DNA of 64,000 bases, from positions 1,490,184 through 1,554,183 of the forward strand of contig CAVUCU010000001.1 in the NCBI GenBank assembly GCA_963740085.1. Direction: 5' to 3'. The notes under the pieces are model-generated. The model saw only the letters and a list, made by a program, of their open reading frames with translations, made no database searches and was not told the DNA's origin. Of this stretch, positions 1-9,109 are shown piece by piece. The position numbers and the translations under genes were made by a program. How positions within the stretch are numbered: position 1 is the first letter of the stretch; each line of letters begins with the position of its first letter. Source of the DNA: Nitrospirota bacterium (lineage in GTDB: Bacteria > Nitrospirota > UBA9217).

Positions 1-121
1 GAATGTCACTGGCCGAGAGCTTTTGAAGTCTCTCGAGCTGTGTGCGCAGCTTTTCTTCGGCCTTCCGGCGCAGGGAGGCGGGACCCTCACTCTGTCGGTC
101 CGATGAAGGGGAATTTTTCAT
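1..121 (-). CDS. Partial CDS, N-terminal part only. The gene starts at the ATG at 119-121 and runs off the left edge. Hypothetical protein (MKNSPSSDRQSEGPASLRRKAEEKLRTQLERLQKL...).
   Basis: Open frame on the minus strand reaching the window edge with an ATG at 119-121. No recognisable domain. Confidence 0.3.
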   Translation of the reverse strand, partial: MKNSPSSDRQSEGPASLRRKAEEKLRTQLERLQKLSASDI

Positions 122-279
122 ATTTGCTGAACCCGCATTATAACTTTAATCGGTGAGTCGTGAATTTGCGCCTCTTTGCCATACGCGGCGAGAGCGCATC
201 CTTTTCTTCTGCTATCTCTTCTCACGGATAAATAAGATGCTCTGAAGAAAAATCGAACTTGCTCGAACCCGGCAGCATT

Positions 280-444
280 TTAATGGCGCTCTCCATGCCC
301 GCCACCGCGCTCACCACCACCGCCGCGTTCTCCATGTCCTTCATGGCCGCCGCCCCTGCCTGATTCAGGTACAAAAACTGGAAAACAACCGCTGAGTACG
401 AACAACAGGACCCCGATTATCAATAGCCTCATTGTTTTCATCAT
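280..444 (-). CDS. Small (54 aa) Gly/His-rich putative lipoprotein, MMKTMRLLIIGVLLFVLSGCFPVFVPESGRGGGHEGHGERGGGGERGGGHGERH.
   Basis: AGGAG Shine-Dalgarno 7 nt upstream of an ATGATG start. Signal peptide with an LSGC lipobox. C-terminal G/H/E/R low-complexity repeats. Below the 60-aa cutoff of the ORF track. Confidence 0.45.
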   Translation of the reverse strand: MMKTMRLLIIGVLLFVLSGCFPVFVPESGRGGGHEGHGERGGGGERGGGHGERH

Positions 445-819
445 AATTCTATTCTCCTTTTTTTGTTCATTTTGGGTCGTCTCAGACTCCTGAAGACTAT
501 TTGAGTTCTTCCGGCGATGCTCTTTTGAACACTTAGATTATAGCATTTTTGGTGAAAAAGGAACTACTATAAAGTGATTTACAATGGCGATGGGTTTCTC
601 GACAGGAACCGAATCAAGGAAATGTCCTCTACACTGCGCTTTTATTTTTATTTAGCGCTTACTCTTCTGATGCGCCAAAATCCTCTTTTGCCGTCATCGG
701 AAATGATCGCTTAACCCTCCATCGAAGCATAGGCTGCGTTTAATCTCTCTGTTAGAATACCGGTTGGCCCTTGAACGAGGCCAACCGATTACATAATTCG
801 CCGACCTTGGCTGAACTTT

Positions 820-1344
820 TTACGCCGCCCTCTCCCAATCCACCCGCGCCAGCTTATTGTCATGCGACCACCGGTACGTTACCTTGCCGTTGAAGGCCTT
901 TCTGATCGACCGGCCGATCCGCTGCGCAAGCTTTTCATTCGTCGTGGAGATCACGATGCTGCCATAACCGTTTTCCTTAACGGACATCACACGCTCGAGC
1001 GGATTAAAACCCCGAGCCCGCGCCTCCTCGTTCTTGATAAGGTTCAACAGCTCCTGCTTGTGCGGAAGCACATAATCGCCCTTCAGCGTCACGATGCCGC
1101 CGGGGAAATTATCCCGTATCTTCAGACAGGCGGGGCAGACGGCGACAGTCGTGTCGCGGACCTCGACCGCGGCCTTGTACATATGCGGATCGGCGTACCA
1201 CCGCTTGTTCTTGTAGACGGCATGGCACCCTTCGCAAACCGTTATCTTCTTGCTTGCGCCTTTCGGAAGATAAGGATCTGCGGTCGATGATTTCTTCTTA
1301 TATGTTAGTTTGTATGATCTCTCTACTTTGCCCAGGGCCTTCAT
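820..1344 (-). CDS. Hypothetical protein with a CxxC...CPxC zinc-ribbon motif.
   Basis: 174-aa ORF. Two Cys pairs (CEGC, CPAC) about 28 aa apart. Last gene of a three-gene minus-strand operon. Confidence 0.55.
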   Translation of the reverse strand: MKALGKVERSYKLTYKKKSSTADPYLPKGASKKITVCEGCHAVYKNKRWYADPHMYKAAVEVRDTTVAVCPACLKIRDNFPGGIVTLKGDYVLPHKQELLNLIKNEEARARGFNPLERVMSVKENGYGSIVISTTNEKLAQRIGRSIRKAFNGKVTYRWSHDNKLARVDWERAA

Positions 1345-1389
1345 ATAAATCGCCTCCTTTGAAAGAACAGCACCTTCTTCAATACACGC

Positions 1390-1614
1390 TCATTGCACCT
1401 TCCCCTCGATCTCGGGAAACTGCTCTTTGAACTCGGGGATATTCCGGGCCAGGAACATCTTCAGCGCCTTGAGCTCTGTCTGCAAATCTTTTATATCTTC
1501 AGCCGTTTTCATCTCATGCCTCTTCAGGGAATCCGCAAGGTCTGACAGTGCCCTCTCCTGGATCTTGAGCCATTCGATTATGCCGTTCGCAACCTGTTTG
1601 TCGCTCATAACCAC
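1390..1614 (-). CDS. Hypothetical small protein (74 aa), predicted coiled-coil.
   Basis: ORF tightly packed between two same-strand genes. Charged, helical composition. Confidence 0.45.
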   Translation of the reverse strand: MVMSDKQVANGIIEWLKIQERALSDLADSLKRHEMKTAEDIKDLQTELKALKMFLARNIPEFKEQFPEIEGKVQ

Positions 1615-1624
1615 CTCGCTCCCG

Positions 1625-1936
1625 TTACGTATTCAGTTTCATCCCGAGCTTCTGTTCCACCGACCCAAGCTTCTTCTCGATCCTCGCGTCACTCCCTTTG
1701 CGATCGTCAATCTTGATGGTGGTCACGGCGCGCTCCGCATCCCTCATTACCTCATCGTGGCACTTTTTGACAACGCCCATGACCTCATCCCATGAGCCTT
1801 CGAGTACCGTGCCCATCGGATTTGCCTTGTAGCGCACGCCACTCTTCAAAACGATCTGGAGAACTCGCGCGACCACGGCGCTGAGGCTGGTTCCCGTCCC
1901 GACCGGTACCACGCTGAATTCAACCATAACGCTCAT
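1625..1936 (-). CDS. MTH1187/YkoF family (DUF77) protein.
   Basis: 103 aa. Has the hallmark N-terminal MVEFSVVPVGTGTSLS and an IDDR motif typical of this family. Confidence 0.8.
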   Translation of the reverse strand: MSVMVEFSVVPVGTGTSLSAVVARVLQIVLKSGVRYKANPMGTVLEGSWDEVMGVVKKCHDEVMRDAERAVTTIKIDDRKGSDARIEKKLGSVEQKLGMKLNT

Positions 1937-2277
1937 ATTGAGCCTCCTGAGAAATAGTATTGTAACGATTGCGAATCACAGCCTGCCCTGATTTAAGTAT
2001 AGCCGCGATTACCAATGATGTAAACCCCGTTTCAGAACAAGTTCTTCAGTGAAAACCGGTAGTACCGAACGTGTCGATCCCTGACCCGAAGTGGCCGGCT
2101 CCGTGGTGAGATTGTCGTTTTGAATTTTCCTACCATCTTGAGGAACAGGTTTATTGAATTTAGCAGGGAGCTTTTCCGTTGAAAACGGCGAGGGCCTATG
2201 CAATAATCGCAAAGAAGGATTTTGCCGGACAGGGGACGAGATGCCGTCTTGGCGAACCGGGAGCTGCGGAATACGTT

Positions 2278-3045
2278 ATGAGAACTCTTCTCAAGGGACT
2301 GGGGATAATTCCCCTTCTTACGCTTTATGTTCTGGTATCGGGGATCATCCACCTGCTCCCGGCTAAGAGAAATATAAAGCGTGTTGTTACCATACGGACC
2401 ACCTCTGCCTTTGCGCGCATCGCTCGCATTCTGCTCGGGGTCCGCGTCCACGTGAAACATCCCGACCTCCTTCACGCAGCCGGAAAAGGACGCCTCATTG
2501 TCTCGAACCATCTTTCCTATGTCGATGTCCTGGTCATCGCGTCGCTCGTACCCTCGGTCTTCATCACGTCGGTCGAGCTGAGGAACACTGCGCTGCTCGG
2601 CACACTGGCGCGGCTCGGCGGAAGTATCTTTGTAGAGCGCAGAAAACCGTCGGGGCTGAAGCGCGAGATCGAAGACATTGCCATGGCACTCAGCCAGGGT
2701 CTTCCCGTGGTGCTCTTCCCCGAGGGGACAACGTCGAATGGCGACCACGTACAGCCGTTTAAAATTTCCTTGTTTGACTCAACCCTCATAGCGCAAACCG
2801 ACATTTTGCCCGTCTGCATTCGCTACACAGGGGTAAACGAAGAGCGCCTGACCACGCGTAACCGCGACAAGGTTTTTTATTATGGCGGCGTCGCTTTTGG
2901 GAAACATCTTCTCCGGTTCCTGTCTCTCACATCCGTCGATATAGAGGTCGTTCCCCTCAAGGCTATCGACGTTCAGCCGGGCAAATCTCGGAAAGACCTG
3001 GCCGCGGAAACACACGAGGCCATCAGCGCGGCATATCACGGGTAA
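2278..3045 (+). CDS. plsC: 1-acyl-sn-glycerol-3-phosphate acyltransferase (lysophospholipid acyltransferase).
   Basis: NHLSYVDVLV (HX4D-like) and FPEGTTS acyltransferase motifs. N-terminal membrane anchor. The ATG at 2278 is preferred over the TTG at 2179. Confidence 0.8.
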   Translation: MRTLLKGLGIIPLLTLYVLVSGIIHLLPAKRNIKRVVTIRTTSAFARIARILLGVRVHVKHPDLLHAAGKGRLIVSNHLSYVDVLVIASLVPSVFITSVELRNTALLGTLARLGGSIFVERRKPSGLKREIEDIAMALSQGLPVVLFPEGTTSNGDHVQPFKISLFDSTLIAQTDILPVCIRYTGVNEERLTTRNRDKVFYYGGVAFGKHLLRFLSLTSVDIEVVPLKAIDVQPGKSRKDLAAETHEAISAAYHG

Positions 3046-3264
3046 GTGGCTTCAGAGGGACCACTGCGATGCGGCCGGATTATTCATTACCGGGTCTGCC
3101 GCGTGTTCCAGGCCTGACAGTTGCGCCGGGACACGTGCATGTTTCATGTTATGCTATTGGTGGGTCAGATGAGACGGGAAGGTTTTGAGTGCATTCTGCA
3201 AGGGAGCTGATCCTGTCCCCGCATTACAAAGAAGGATGATCCACGTGTGTTATGCGATGCTTCT

Positions 3265-3798
3265 TCATTGCTCGGTCTTCTTATCACCGGCGGGCGGCGG
3301 GTTGTTCTCCTGGTCCGGCGGTTTCACTTCCATTGCGATCCCTGGAGCTGGAGCAGCGGCCTGAAGTTTCACCTGATGCCGCGATTTTATTTCTTTCTTG
3401 CTTTTCTCCGCGGGAATGGCAGGTTCGGCGGAAACCTCTGCCGGCAAGGGAACCGCCGGTTGTTCTTTTACCACCCGTATGATTTTCGGGTCATCGATAA
3501 AAGGGGAGTATTTCGGCATGGTAAATTGGACCTCGTCTTTTTCCTTGATCAGGAGATCGACCTCGCCAATCTTCTGTTTGAAGGTTGCCAGCAGCGCGCC
3601 TTCCGGCGTGCTCACGGTCAGGAGAAGGGCATCCCCCTTTTTCTCTTTTACCACAACGGTCCCCTTGATCACGGTTTCTTTTCCCGCGAGTTCTTCGGGG
3701 AGGTAGGGCAGCACGTACGGGGGCAGGTAGATCGTGCACAGGATGCCCAGCGCTAATCCGAAGATGAACGATGGAGTTCGAGACTGTTTATTTTGCAT
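3265..3798 (-). CDS. Hypothetical membrane-anchored protein, Pro/Ala/Glu/Lys-rich at the C-terminus.
   Basis: N-terminal transmembrane segment. Immediately downstream of the bactofilin gene on the same strand. Confidence 0.5.
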   Translation of the reverse strand: MQNKQSRTPSFIFGLALGILCTIYLPPYVLPYLPEELAGKETVIKGTVVVKEKKGDALLLTVSTPEGALLATFKQKIGEVDLLIKEKDEVQFTMPKYSPFIDDPKIIRVVKEQPAVPLPAEVSAEPAIPAEKSKKEIKSRHQVKLQAAAPAPGIAMEVKPPDQENNPPPAGDKKTEQ

Positions 3799-4025
3799 GA
3801 AATGGTCTCCTTGAGGTACTCCCGGTCGGATGATTTAGGTTCTTGAAACTGGCCAATTTCTATTGAAGACAGGCTGTTCCCCGGTCAATTTTACTACTGG
3901 ACCATGACGAATTGAAGGCTTTCATCGTCCTCCCCGCAAGTGAAAAGCCCGCTCCGGCTGCGGGCAGGCTTTCGTTCGGGAAGAGATAAGTCTCGGGGCA
4001 TCACAGTGCGTTTAGGCTTATGCTC

Positions 4026-4628
4026 TTAAGACGAGAAAAACCCTTTCTTCGGCTTTGGCTCCCCGGACGAGAAGAAGCCTTTCTTCGGTTTCGGCTCCTC
4101 TTTCCTCATCGACCCTGGCATCCGTTCGCCTTCTGAGCGAGTGACCTTGCCTTCCATTTTCGCCCCCTTTTGAATGCAGAGCGTCTCCTTGTACAAAATC
4201 TCCCCCTTGCCTCGCGCGGCTGCCCCGAGCTCCACCTCGTTGCTCTCAAGGCTGCCGGTGAACTCGCCGTTGATGTGGATCCTGTCTTTTGCCTGGATCT
4301 TGCCGCCGAGAAACTTGCCGGTTACCTTCACGTACCCTCCGGCGCTGATGTTCCCTCCGCTCATTTCGCCTTCGATCTCGACGCTGCCGCCCTTGGCATC
4401 GATGTTCCCCTTGTATGTGCCTTTGATGAAGATGCTTGCATTGTTCTCGGCAGTGATATTCCCCTCGAGGTCGCCGTTCATCTGCAGGTCCTGGCTGATG
4501 ACCATGTTGCCGGTAACCTTGCTTCCTTTGAATATCGTGTTAGTTCCGTGCTCATCGGTTATAACTGCACTCACCACGGCATTCTTCTCCGCTACCTTGA
4601 CCTCGATCATCTCTTCCTGTTTTATCAT
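4026..4628 (-). CDS. Bactofilin (DUF583) cytoskeletal protein with a duplicated C-terminal GEPKPKKGFFSS tail.
   Basis: Repetitive beta-helix-like G/N/K-rich core typical of bactofilins. A 36-nt direct DNA repeat at 4029-4100 encodes the duplicated tail. Confidence 0.8.
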   Translation of the reverse strand: MIKQEEMIEVKVAEKNAVVSAVITDEHGTNTIFKGSKVTGNMVISQDLQMNGDLEGNITAENNASIFIKGTYKGNIDAKGGSVEIEGEMSGGNISAGGYVKVTGKFLGGKIQAKDRIHINGEFTGSLESNEVELGAAARGKGEILYKETLCIQKGAKMEGKVTRSEGERMPGSMRKEEPKPKKGFFSSGEPKPKKGFFSS

Positions 4629-4982
4629 GTGTTATCCTCCGATATCCACTCTTCCGCTATCATATCATGCAAGACGTCATCGTCAACGAATTCTGCCTGG
4701 TCTTTGCGGACAATCTTATCGGATTGAGAGATAATAATATGTGATCACTATCACCTTGTGGATCTTCTAAAGTTCCGGGCTGCCGGCGATCTCCCGCGTC
4801 GAAAACAATCGAGGGAAGGACCCAGAAAATGGCCAGGAGCCGCCTCTTTCTTCGGAGCCATCTTGGGAACGTTGCGTCCGATGTTGATTGATCGTTCCCG
4901 TCGCTCTTGTACCGCAATGCAAGTTAGGCACAATGTCCCTACGCTTTTCATGGCGGAATGAAGGCCAAATAATAAGAATTCC

Positions 4983-5011
4983 TTGACATTTTATCACCTG
5001 ATTGTTATGTT
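4983..5011 (+). promoter_or_regulatory. Putative sigma70 promoter for prfC (TTGACA, 17-nt spacer, TATGTT).
   Basis: Exact -35 consensus at 4983-4988. -10 TATGTT at 5006-5011, about 33 nt before the prfC ATG. Confidence 0.4.
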
Positions 5012-5044
5012 ACAGGGCTCGTTCAGGGAACAAGAAGATAATTC

Positions 5045-6652
5045 ATGGATTATTCAGACGAAATAAACAAGCGGCGGACCTTCGCCATCATCAGCCACCC
5101 TGACGCGGGAAAGACCACGCTGACGGAGAAGTTTCTGCTTTTCGGCGGGGCGATCCAGGTGGCCGGCGCGGTCAAGTCGAACAAGATCAGGAAGAGCACG
5201 TCCTCGGACTTCATGGACATCGAGCGCCAGCGCGGCATCTCGGTGGCAACGTCGGTCATGGGCTTCGACTATAACGGACTCAAGATCAATCTGCTCGACA
5301 CGCCCGGTCATAAGGATTTTGCCGAGGACACTTATCGCACACTGACCGCGGTGGACAGCGTTATCCTCATCATTGACTGCGTCAAGGGCGTGGAGGAACA
5401 GACCCTCCGGCTTATGGAAGTCTGCCGCATGCGCAAAACGCCCGTCATCATCTTCGTGAACAAGCTCGACCGCGAGGGCAAGCATCCCTTCGAGCTTCTG
5501 GACGAGCTCGAAACAAAGCTGAACATAAAGGTCCAGCCGCTCTCATGGCCCATCAGCATGGGAACCTCCTTCAAGGGCGTTTACAATCTCTACAACAACA
5601 GCCTCTATCTCTTCCGGCCCGGCGGCGTCAAGGTCGCGGAGGACATACTCGAGATCCAGGGCATCGGCGACCCCGTCCTTGACCAGCAGCTCGGCGACTA
5701 TGCGGTAAAACTCCGTGAGGACGTTGAGTTGATCGAGGGCACGCACAATCCCTTTGACGTAAATGCGTACCTGCGCGGCGACCTTGCACCGGTCTTCTTC
5801 GGCAGCGCCATCAACAACTTCGGCGTGAAGGAACTGCTCGACACCTTCACCGAGATCGCGCCCACACCCGGCAGCAGGCCCACCGACCAGCGGGTCGTCA
5901 ACGCCGATGAGAAGGACTTCACGGGCTTCGTGTTCAAGATCCACGCGAACCTGGACCCCAGGCATCGCGACCGCATCGCCTTTATCCGCGTCTGCTCGGG
6001 CAAGTTCGAGCGGAACAAGATGTTCCTTCATGTGCGCCTGGGCAAACAGATCCGGTTTACCAGCCCGGCGAGTTTCCTGGGGGCGCGGAAGAGCATCGTG
6101 GACGAGGCCTTTCCCGGCGATGTGATCGGACTGTATGATACCGGCAATTTCAAGATCGGTGACACGCTCACGGAAGGCGAGAAGCTCATGTTCCAGGGCA
6201 TCCCTACCTTCTCGCCCGAGGTGTTCAAGGAACTCGTGAACCTCGACCCGTCGAAATCGAAACAGCTGGCAAAGGGCATCGAGCAGCTTACCGACGAGGG
6301 CGTGGCCCAGCTCTTCACCCAGCAGCAGGGCAACCGCAGGATCGTCGGTACGGTGGGTCAGCTACAGTTCGATGTGCTGCAGTACCGGCTGGAGCACGAG
6401 TACAACGCGACCTGCAGGTTCGATCCGATGAAGATCTTCAAGGCGTGCTGGATCACTGCGAGCGACGAAAAGGAAATGGACAAGTTCTGCAGATTCAAAT
6501 CGGACCGCATCGCCACGGACAAGGACGGCAATATCGTGTTCCTCGCGGAATCGGATTGGGTGTTGCGAAATATGATCGAGGCCTACCCCGATATCAAATT
6601 CCATTTTACTTCTGAGTTCAAGCGGGAAATGCAGAAGACCAGCGCAACGTAA
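5045..6652 (+). CDS. prfC: Peptide chain release factor 3 (GTPase).
   Basis: 535 aa. G1 motif [17 protein letters not shown] and NKLD GTPase motifs. RF3 length. Confidence 0.95.
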   Translation: MDYSDEINKRRTFAIISHPDAGKTTLTEKFLLFGGAIQVAGAVKSNKIRKSTSSDFMDIERQRGISVATSVMGFDYNGLKINLLDTPGHKDFAEDTYRTLTAVDSVILIIDCVKGVEEQTLRLMEVCRMRKTPVIIFVNKLDREGKHPFELLDELETKLNIKVQPLSWPISMGTSFKGVYNLYNNSLYLFRPGGVKVAEDILEIQGIGDPVLDQQLGDYAVKLREDVELIEGTHNPFDVNAYLRGDLAPVFFGSAINNFGVKELLDTFTEIAPTPGSRPTDQRVVNADEKDFTGFVFKIHANLDPRHRDRIAFIRVCSGKFERNKMFLHVRLGKQIRFTSPASFLGARKSIVDEAFPGDVIGLYDTGNFKIGDTLTEGEKLMFQGIPTFSPEVFKELVNLDPSKSKQLAKGIEQLTDEGVAQLFTQQQGNRRIVGTVGQLQFDVLQYRLEHEYNATCRFDPMKIFKACWITASDEKEMDKFCRFKSDRIATDKDGNIVFLAESDWVLRNMIEAYPDIKFHFTSEFKREMQKTSAT

Positions 6653-6825
6653 TTACCATCATTTAAATCAATCCTACACCGCAGAGCGCGCAGAGAACTT
6701 CTTGAAGTAGAACTTCGGTGCCTCCGCGTCCTCGTCCCGCCTCTCCGCCTTTTAATTATCAGCTCCGTTTGTTTTTTCTTCTTCTAACCGCAAAGTTCAC
6801 AAAGTTTATTACTATCTAAAAGACT

Positions 6826-6859
6826 GGGTCTTCCGGGTTTTGTGTGGGTCGCTTTTATC
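6826..6859 (+). repeat. Outer inverted repeat, left copy (GGGTCTTCCGGGTTTTGTGTGGGTCGCTTTTATC).
   Basis: 34/34 identical to the reverse complement of 11507-11540. Confidence 0.85.
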
Positions 6860-7162
6860 CGTCCTTAAATCAGCCCATGAGGAGGGAATCGTTTTTTTTG
6901 CACATCCCCTTCGTGTCCTGAACGACATTTTTGGCACCCGTCTAAGGCCGCGTCCGCTCGCCCGCGCAAACTCGGCCTGCGCCCTCAGACACCGTGCTCT
7001 TGCGATAACGCTGGTGCAGGCAGTGCAACGCGTTCGCCCTGCGGGATGCTTCCTTAGACATAATGGCTGACAGTTACAAAAATAGTGACCTGCCCCTTGC
7101 AACGTGGGTTATACTTGAGAACCAGGTTCTCAAATACAGAGCCACAACCAAGGAGGCAGGTC

Positions 7163-8272
7163 GTGAAACATTCTATCATTTTTGTCGGACTCGATGTACA
7201 CAAAGATTCTATTGATATCGCTCTCGCAGATGACGGCAGAGACGGTGAAGTCAGATCCTACGGCGCTATTGGGGGAGATCTGACTTCACTGGATAAAGCG
7301 ATCCGCAAATTTCGCCGTTCTGGTGTTGAACTTCGCTTCGTGTATGAAGCCGGCCCCTGCGGTTATGAAATCTACCGGCATTTAACCGCGCAGGGGTTCC
7401 ATTGCGATGTTATCGCTCCCTCGATGACGCCAATACGGAGCGGAGACCGGATCAAAACCGACCGGCGCGATGCCGTTACTCTGGCCCGGCTGTATCGTGC
7501 AGGTGAACTGACCCCGGTTTATGTCCCCCGAGAGGACGATGAGGCCATGCGAGACCTCGGCCGGGGCCGGGAAGACGCAGTAAATGCCAGCCGGAAAGCC
7601 CGACAACGGTTAAGCGCCTTTGTCCTTCGGCATGGTTTCCGGTTTGTGAGCAGAAAAGCATGGAGCGTCGCTCACCTGCGGTGGCTTGCGGATATCAAGA
7701 TGTCGCATCCGGCACAACAGATCACGCTCCAGGAGTACATCCACAGCGTCGAAGAGTGCTCAGAACGGGTAGACCGGTTGACCGAACAGATATTGAAACT
7801 GCTTCCATCATGGCGAATGGCCCCGGTGGTGACTGCTCTTCAAGGTCTTCGCGGCGTAGCTACTGTGGTTGCCGTTACCATGGTGGTTGAAATAGGCGAC
7901 CTGAGGCGGTTTGAGAACCCCCGGCAGCTCATGGCATATCTGGGCCTTGTGCCGTCCGAGAATTCCAGTGGCCAGACCACAAAACGCGGCGGCATTACCA
8001 AAACGGGTAATGGACATGCCAGACGAGCTCTGATTGAAGCGGCACAGGCATACAGCTTTCAGGCCAGAGTCAGCAGGGAACTCCGGAAACGTCAAGAGGG
8101 CCTGACGCGTGAGATCAAGGAAATCTCCTGGAAAGCTCAAGTACGGCTCTGCGGCCGGTTCCGGAAGCTTACTGCCAGAGGAAAGAACCGAAACCGAACT
8201 GTAACGGCAATTGCACGGGAGCTTTCCGGCTTTATGTGGGCCATTGCTAAGGCAGTACCCATGCCGGCGTAG
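7163..8272 (+). CDS. IS110-family transposase (DEDD RuvC-like N-terminal domain plus Transposase_20-like C-terminal domain).
   Basis: GTG start after a GGAGG Shine-Dalgarno. N-terminal IFVGLDVHKDSIDIAL motif. C-terminal GLVPSENSSGQTTKRGGITKTGNGHARRALIEAA motif typical of IS110/IS1111 recombinases. Confidence 0.9.
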   Translation: MKHSIIFVGLDVHKDSIDIALADDGRDGEVRSYGAIGGDLTSLDKAIRKFRRSGVELRFVYEAGPCGYEIYRHLTAQGFHCDVIAPSMTPIRSGDRIKTDRRDAVTLARLYRAGELTPVYVPREDDEAMRDLGRGREDAVNASRKARQRLSAFVLRHGFRFVSRKAWSVAHLRWLADIKMSHPAQQITLQEYIHSVEECSERVDRLTEQILKLLPSWRMAPVVTALQGLRGVATVVAVTMVVEIGDLRRFENPRQLMAYLGLVPSENSSGQTTKRGGITKTGNGHARRALIEAAQAYSFQARVSRELRKRQEGLTREIKEISWKAQVRLCGRFRKLTARGKNRNRTVTAIARELSGFMWAIAKAVPMPA

Positions 8273-8689
8273 GGCCAGGACCAAAAGCTTTCAAAGAACA
8301 AGACCGCAATTAAGGAGAACAGCCAAGAACAAAAAAACAACTATCCAGGGTATCACCAGAGATGCGACCACGATCTGGAGAACTCTCGTTTGGCCTAGGG
8401 AATAAGGCTCTTGCCGAACTTCCGTTCTTAGAGCGAGACAGCTCCGCGATGAAGACAAGTCATGCGGTCAAACCCGCGAATATCAGAGTGATCAATCGTC
8501 GCCGTACAGGTCCCATCTCTGATTATGTCCTGGACCAAAAACTAACAGCATTCGCTTTATATAACGAGGCATTTGAATCTATTTTCTTATTGACAACTGT
8601 CAGCCATATCAGGCCAGGACGGGTGCCAAAAATATCGTAAGGGCCGCTCCGGGGACGTGCGGGGTTGGGGTAAATCTTTTTGATTCTGA

Positions 8690-8970
8690 CTTTCCCCGGC
8701 GCCGGGCAGCTCTGACCGAAAGACGCGCATAGCAATGCTGCACAGACCGTAGTTGCGAGAACACGACAAGGCAGACACGGCCGAACCCTTTTTAAAGGGT
8801 GAGGGTGGAGTGCTGCCAGACCTGCATATCAGTGCGGAGATACTGTATATATCCGGCATGCTGCGCGGCCGAGCGATGAGCTGCCCAAAAAAACAATGCA
8901 CACGTTGGACAAGTGCCAACTAGATATCCTTAATTAAGTGATCCACATAAAAGTCAGAAGAACCAAAAGA
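8690..8970 (+). repeat. Inner repeat A, a ~280-nt structured non-coding region at the 3' end of the IS. Candidate ncRNA (bridge-RNA-like).
   Basis: About 88% identical to the reverse complement of 10888-11290. Long-range closing stem GGGCAGCTC (8704-8712) / GAGCTGCCC (8878-8886). Internal CCCTTTTTAAAGGG hairpin. No coding potential on the sense strand. Confidence 0.55.
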
Positions 8971-9051
8971 CTTTTTCTCTGCGTCCTCTGCGGTAAAATA
9001 GCCTTCTCGTTTATCCTAAAACTATTTACATTTTATAGTCGTCGTCTCGAT

Positions 9052-9088
9052 AAAACAAAAAAAGCCCCCCGCCCAAAGACGGGGAGCT
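9052..9088 (-). terminator. Rho-independent terminator downstream of trpB2.
   Basis: Minus-strand RNA CCCCGUC-uuug-GGCGGGG hairpin followed by a U run. Confidence 0.6.
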
Positions 9089-9109
9089 CAAGAAAGGTTA
9101 GAGCTGACG

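Larger units (their letters stand above)
6826..8970 (+). mobile_element. IS110-family insertion sequence, about 2.1 kb. The left end is defined by the 34-bp repeat and the right end by the end of repeat A. Contains an intact transposase and long non-coding flanks.
   Basis: Transposase CDS 7163-8272. A perfect 34-bp sequence at 6826-6859 is repeated inverted at 11507-11540. The 3' non-coding region (repeat A) is repeated inverted at 10888-11290. Confidence 0.55.

Noticed and set aside
6660-6825. Possible prfC terminator or extra IS sequence between the prfC stop and the 34-bp repeat.
   Set aside because: No convincing hairpin plus T-run was found. The left IS boundary is taken at the 34-bp repeat, but could lie further left.
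8362-8640. A 92-aa plus-strand ORF inside the IS, downstream of the transposase, considered as an IS passenger gene.
   Set aside because: No Shine-Dalgarno and no recognisable domain. IS110-family elements normally encode a single protein, and this region is more likely non-coding.
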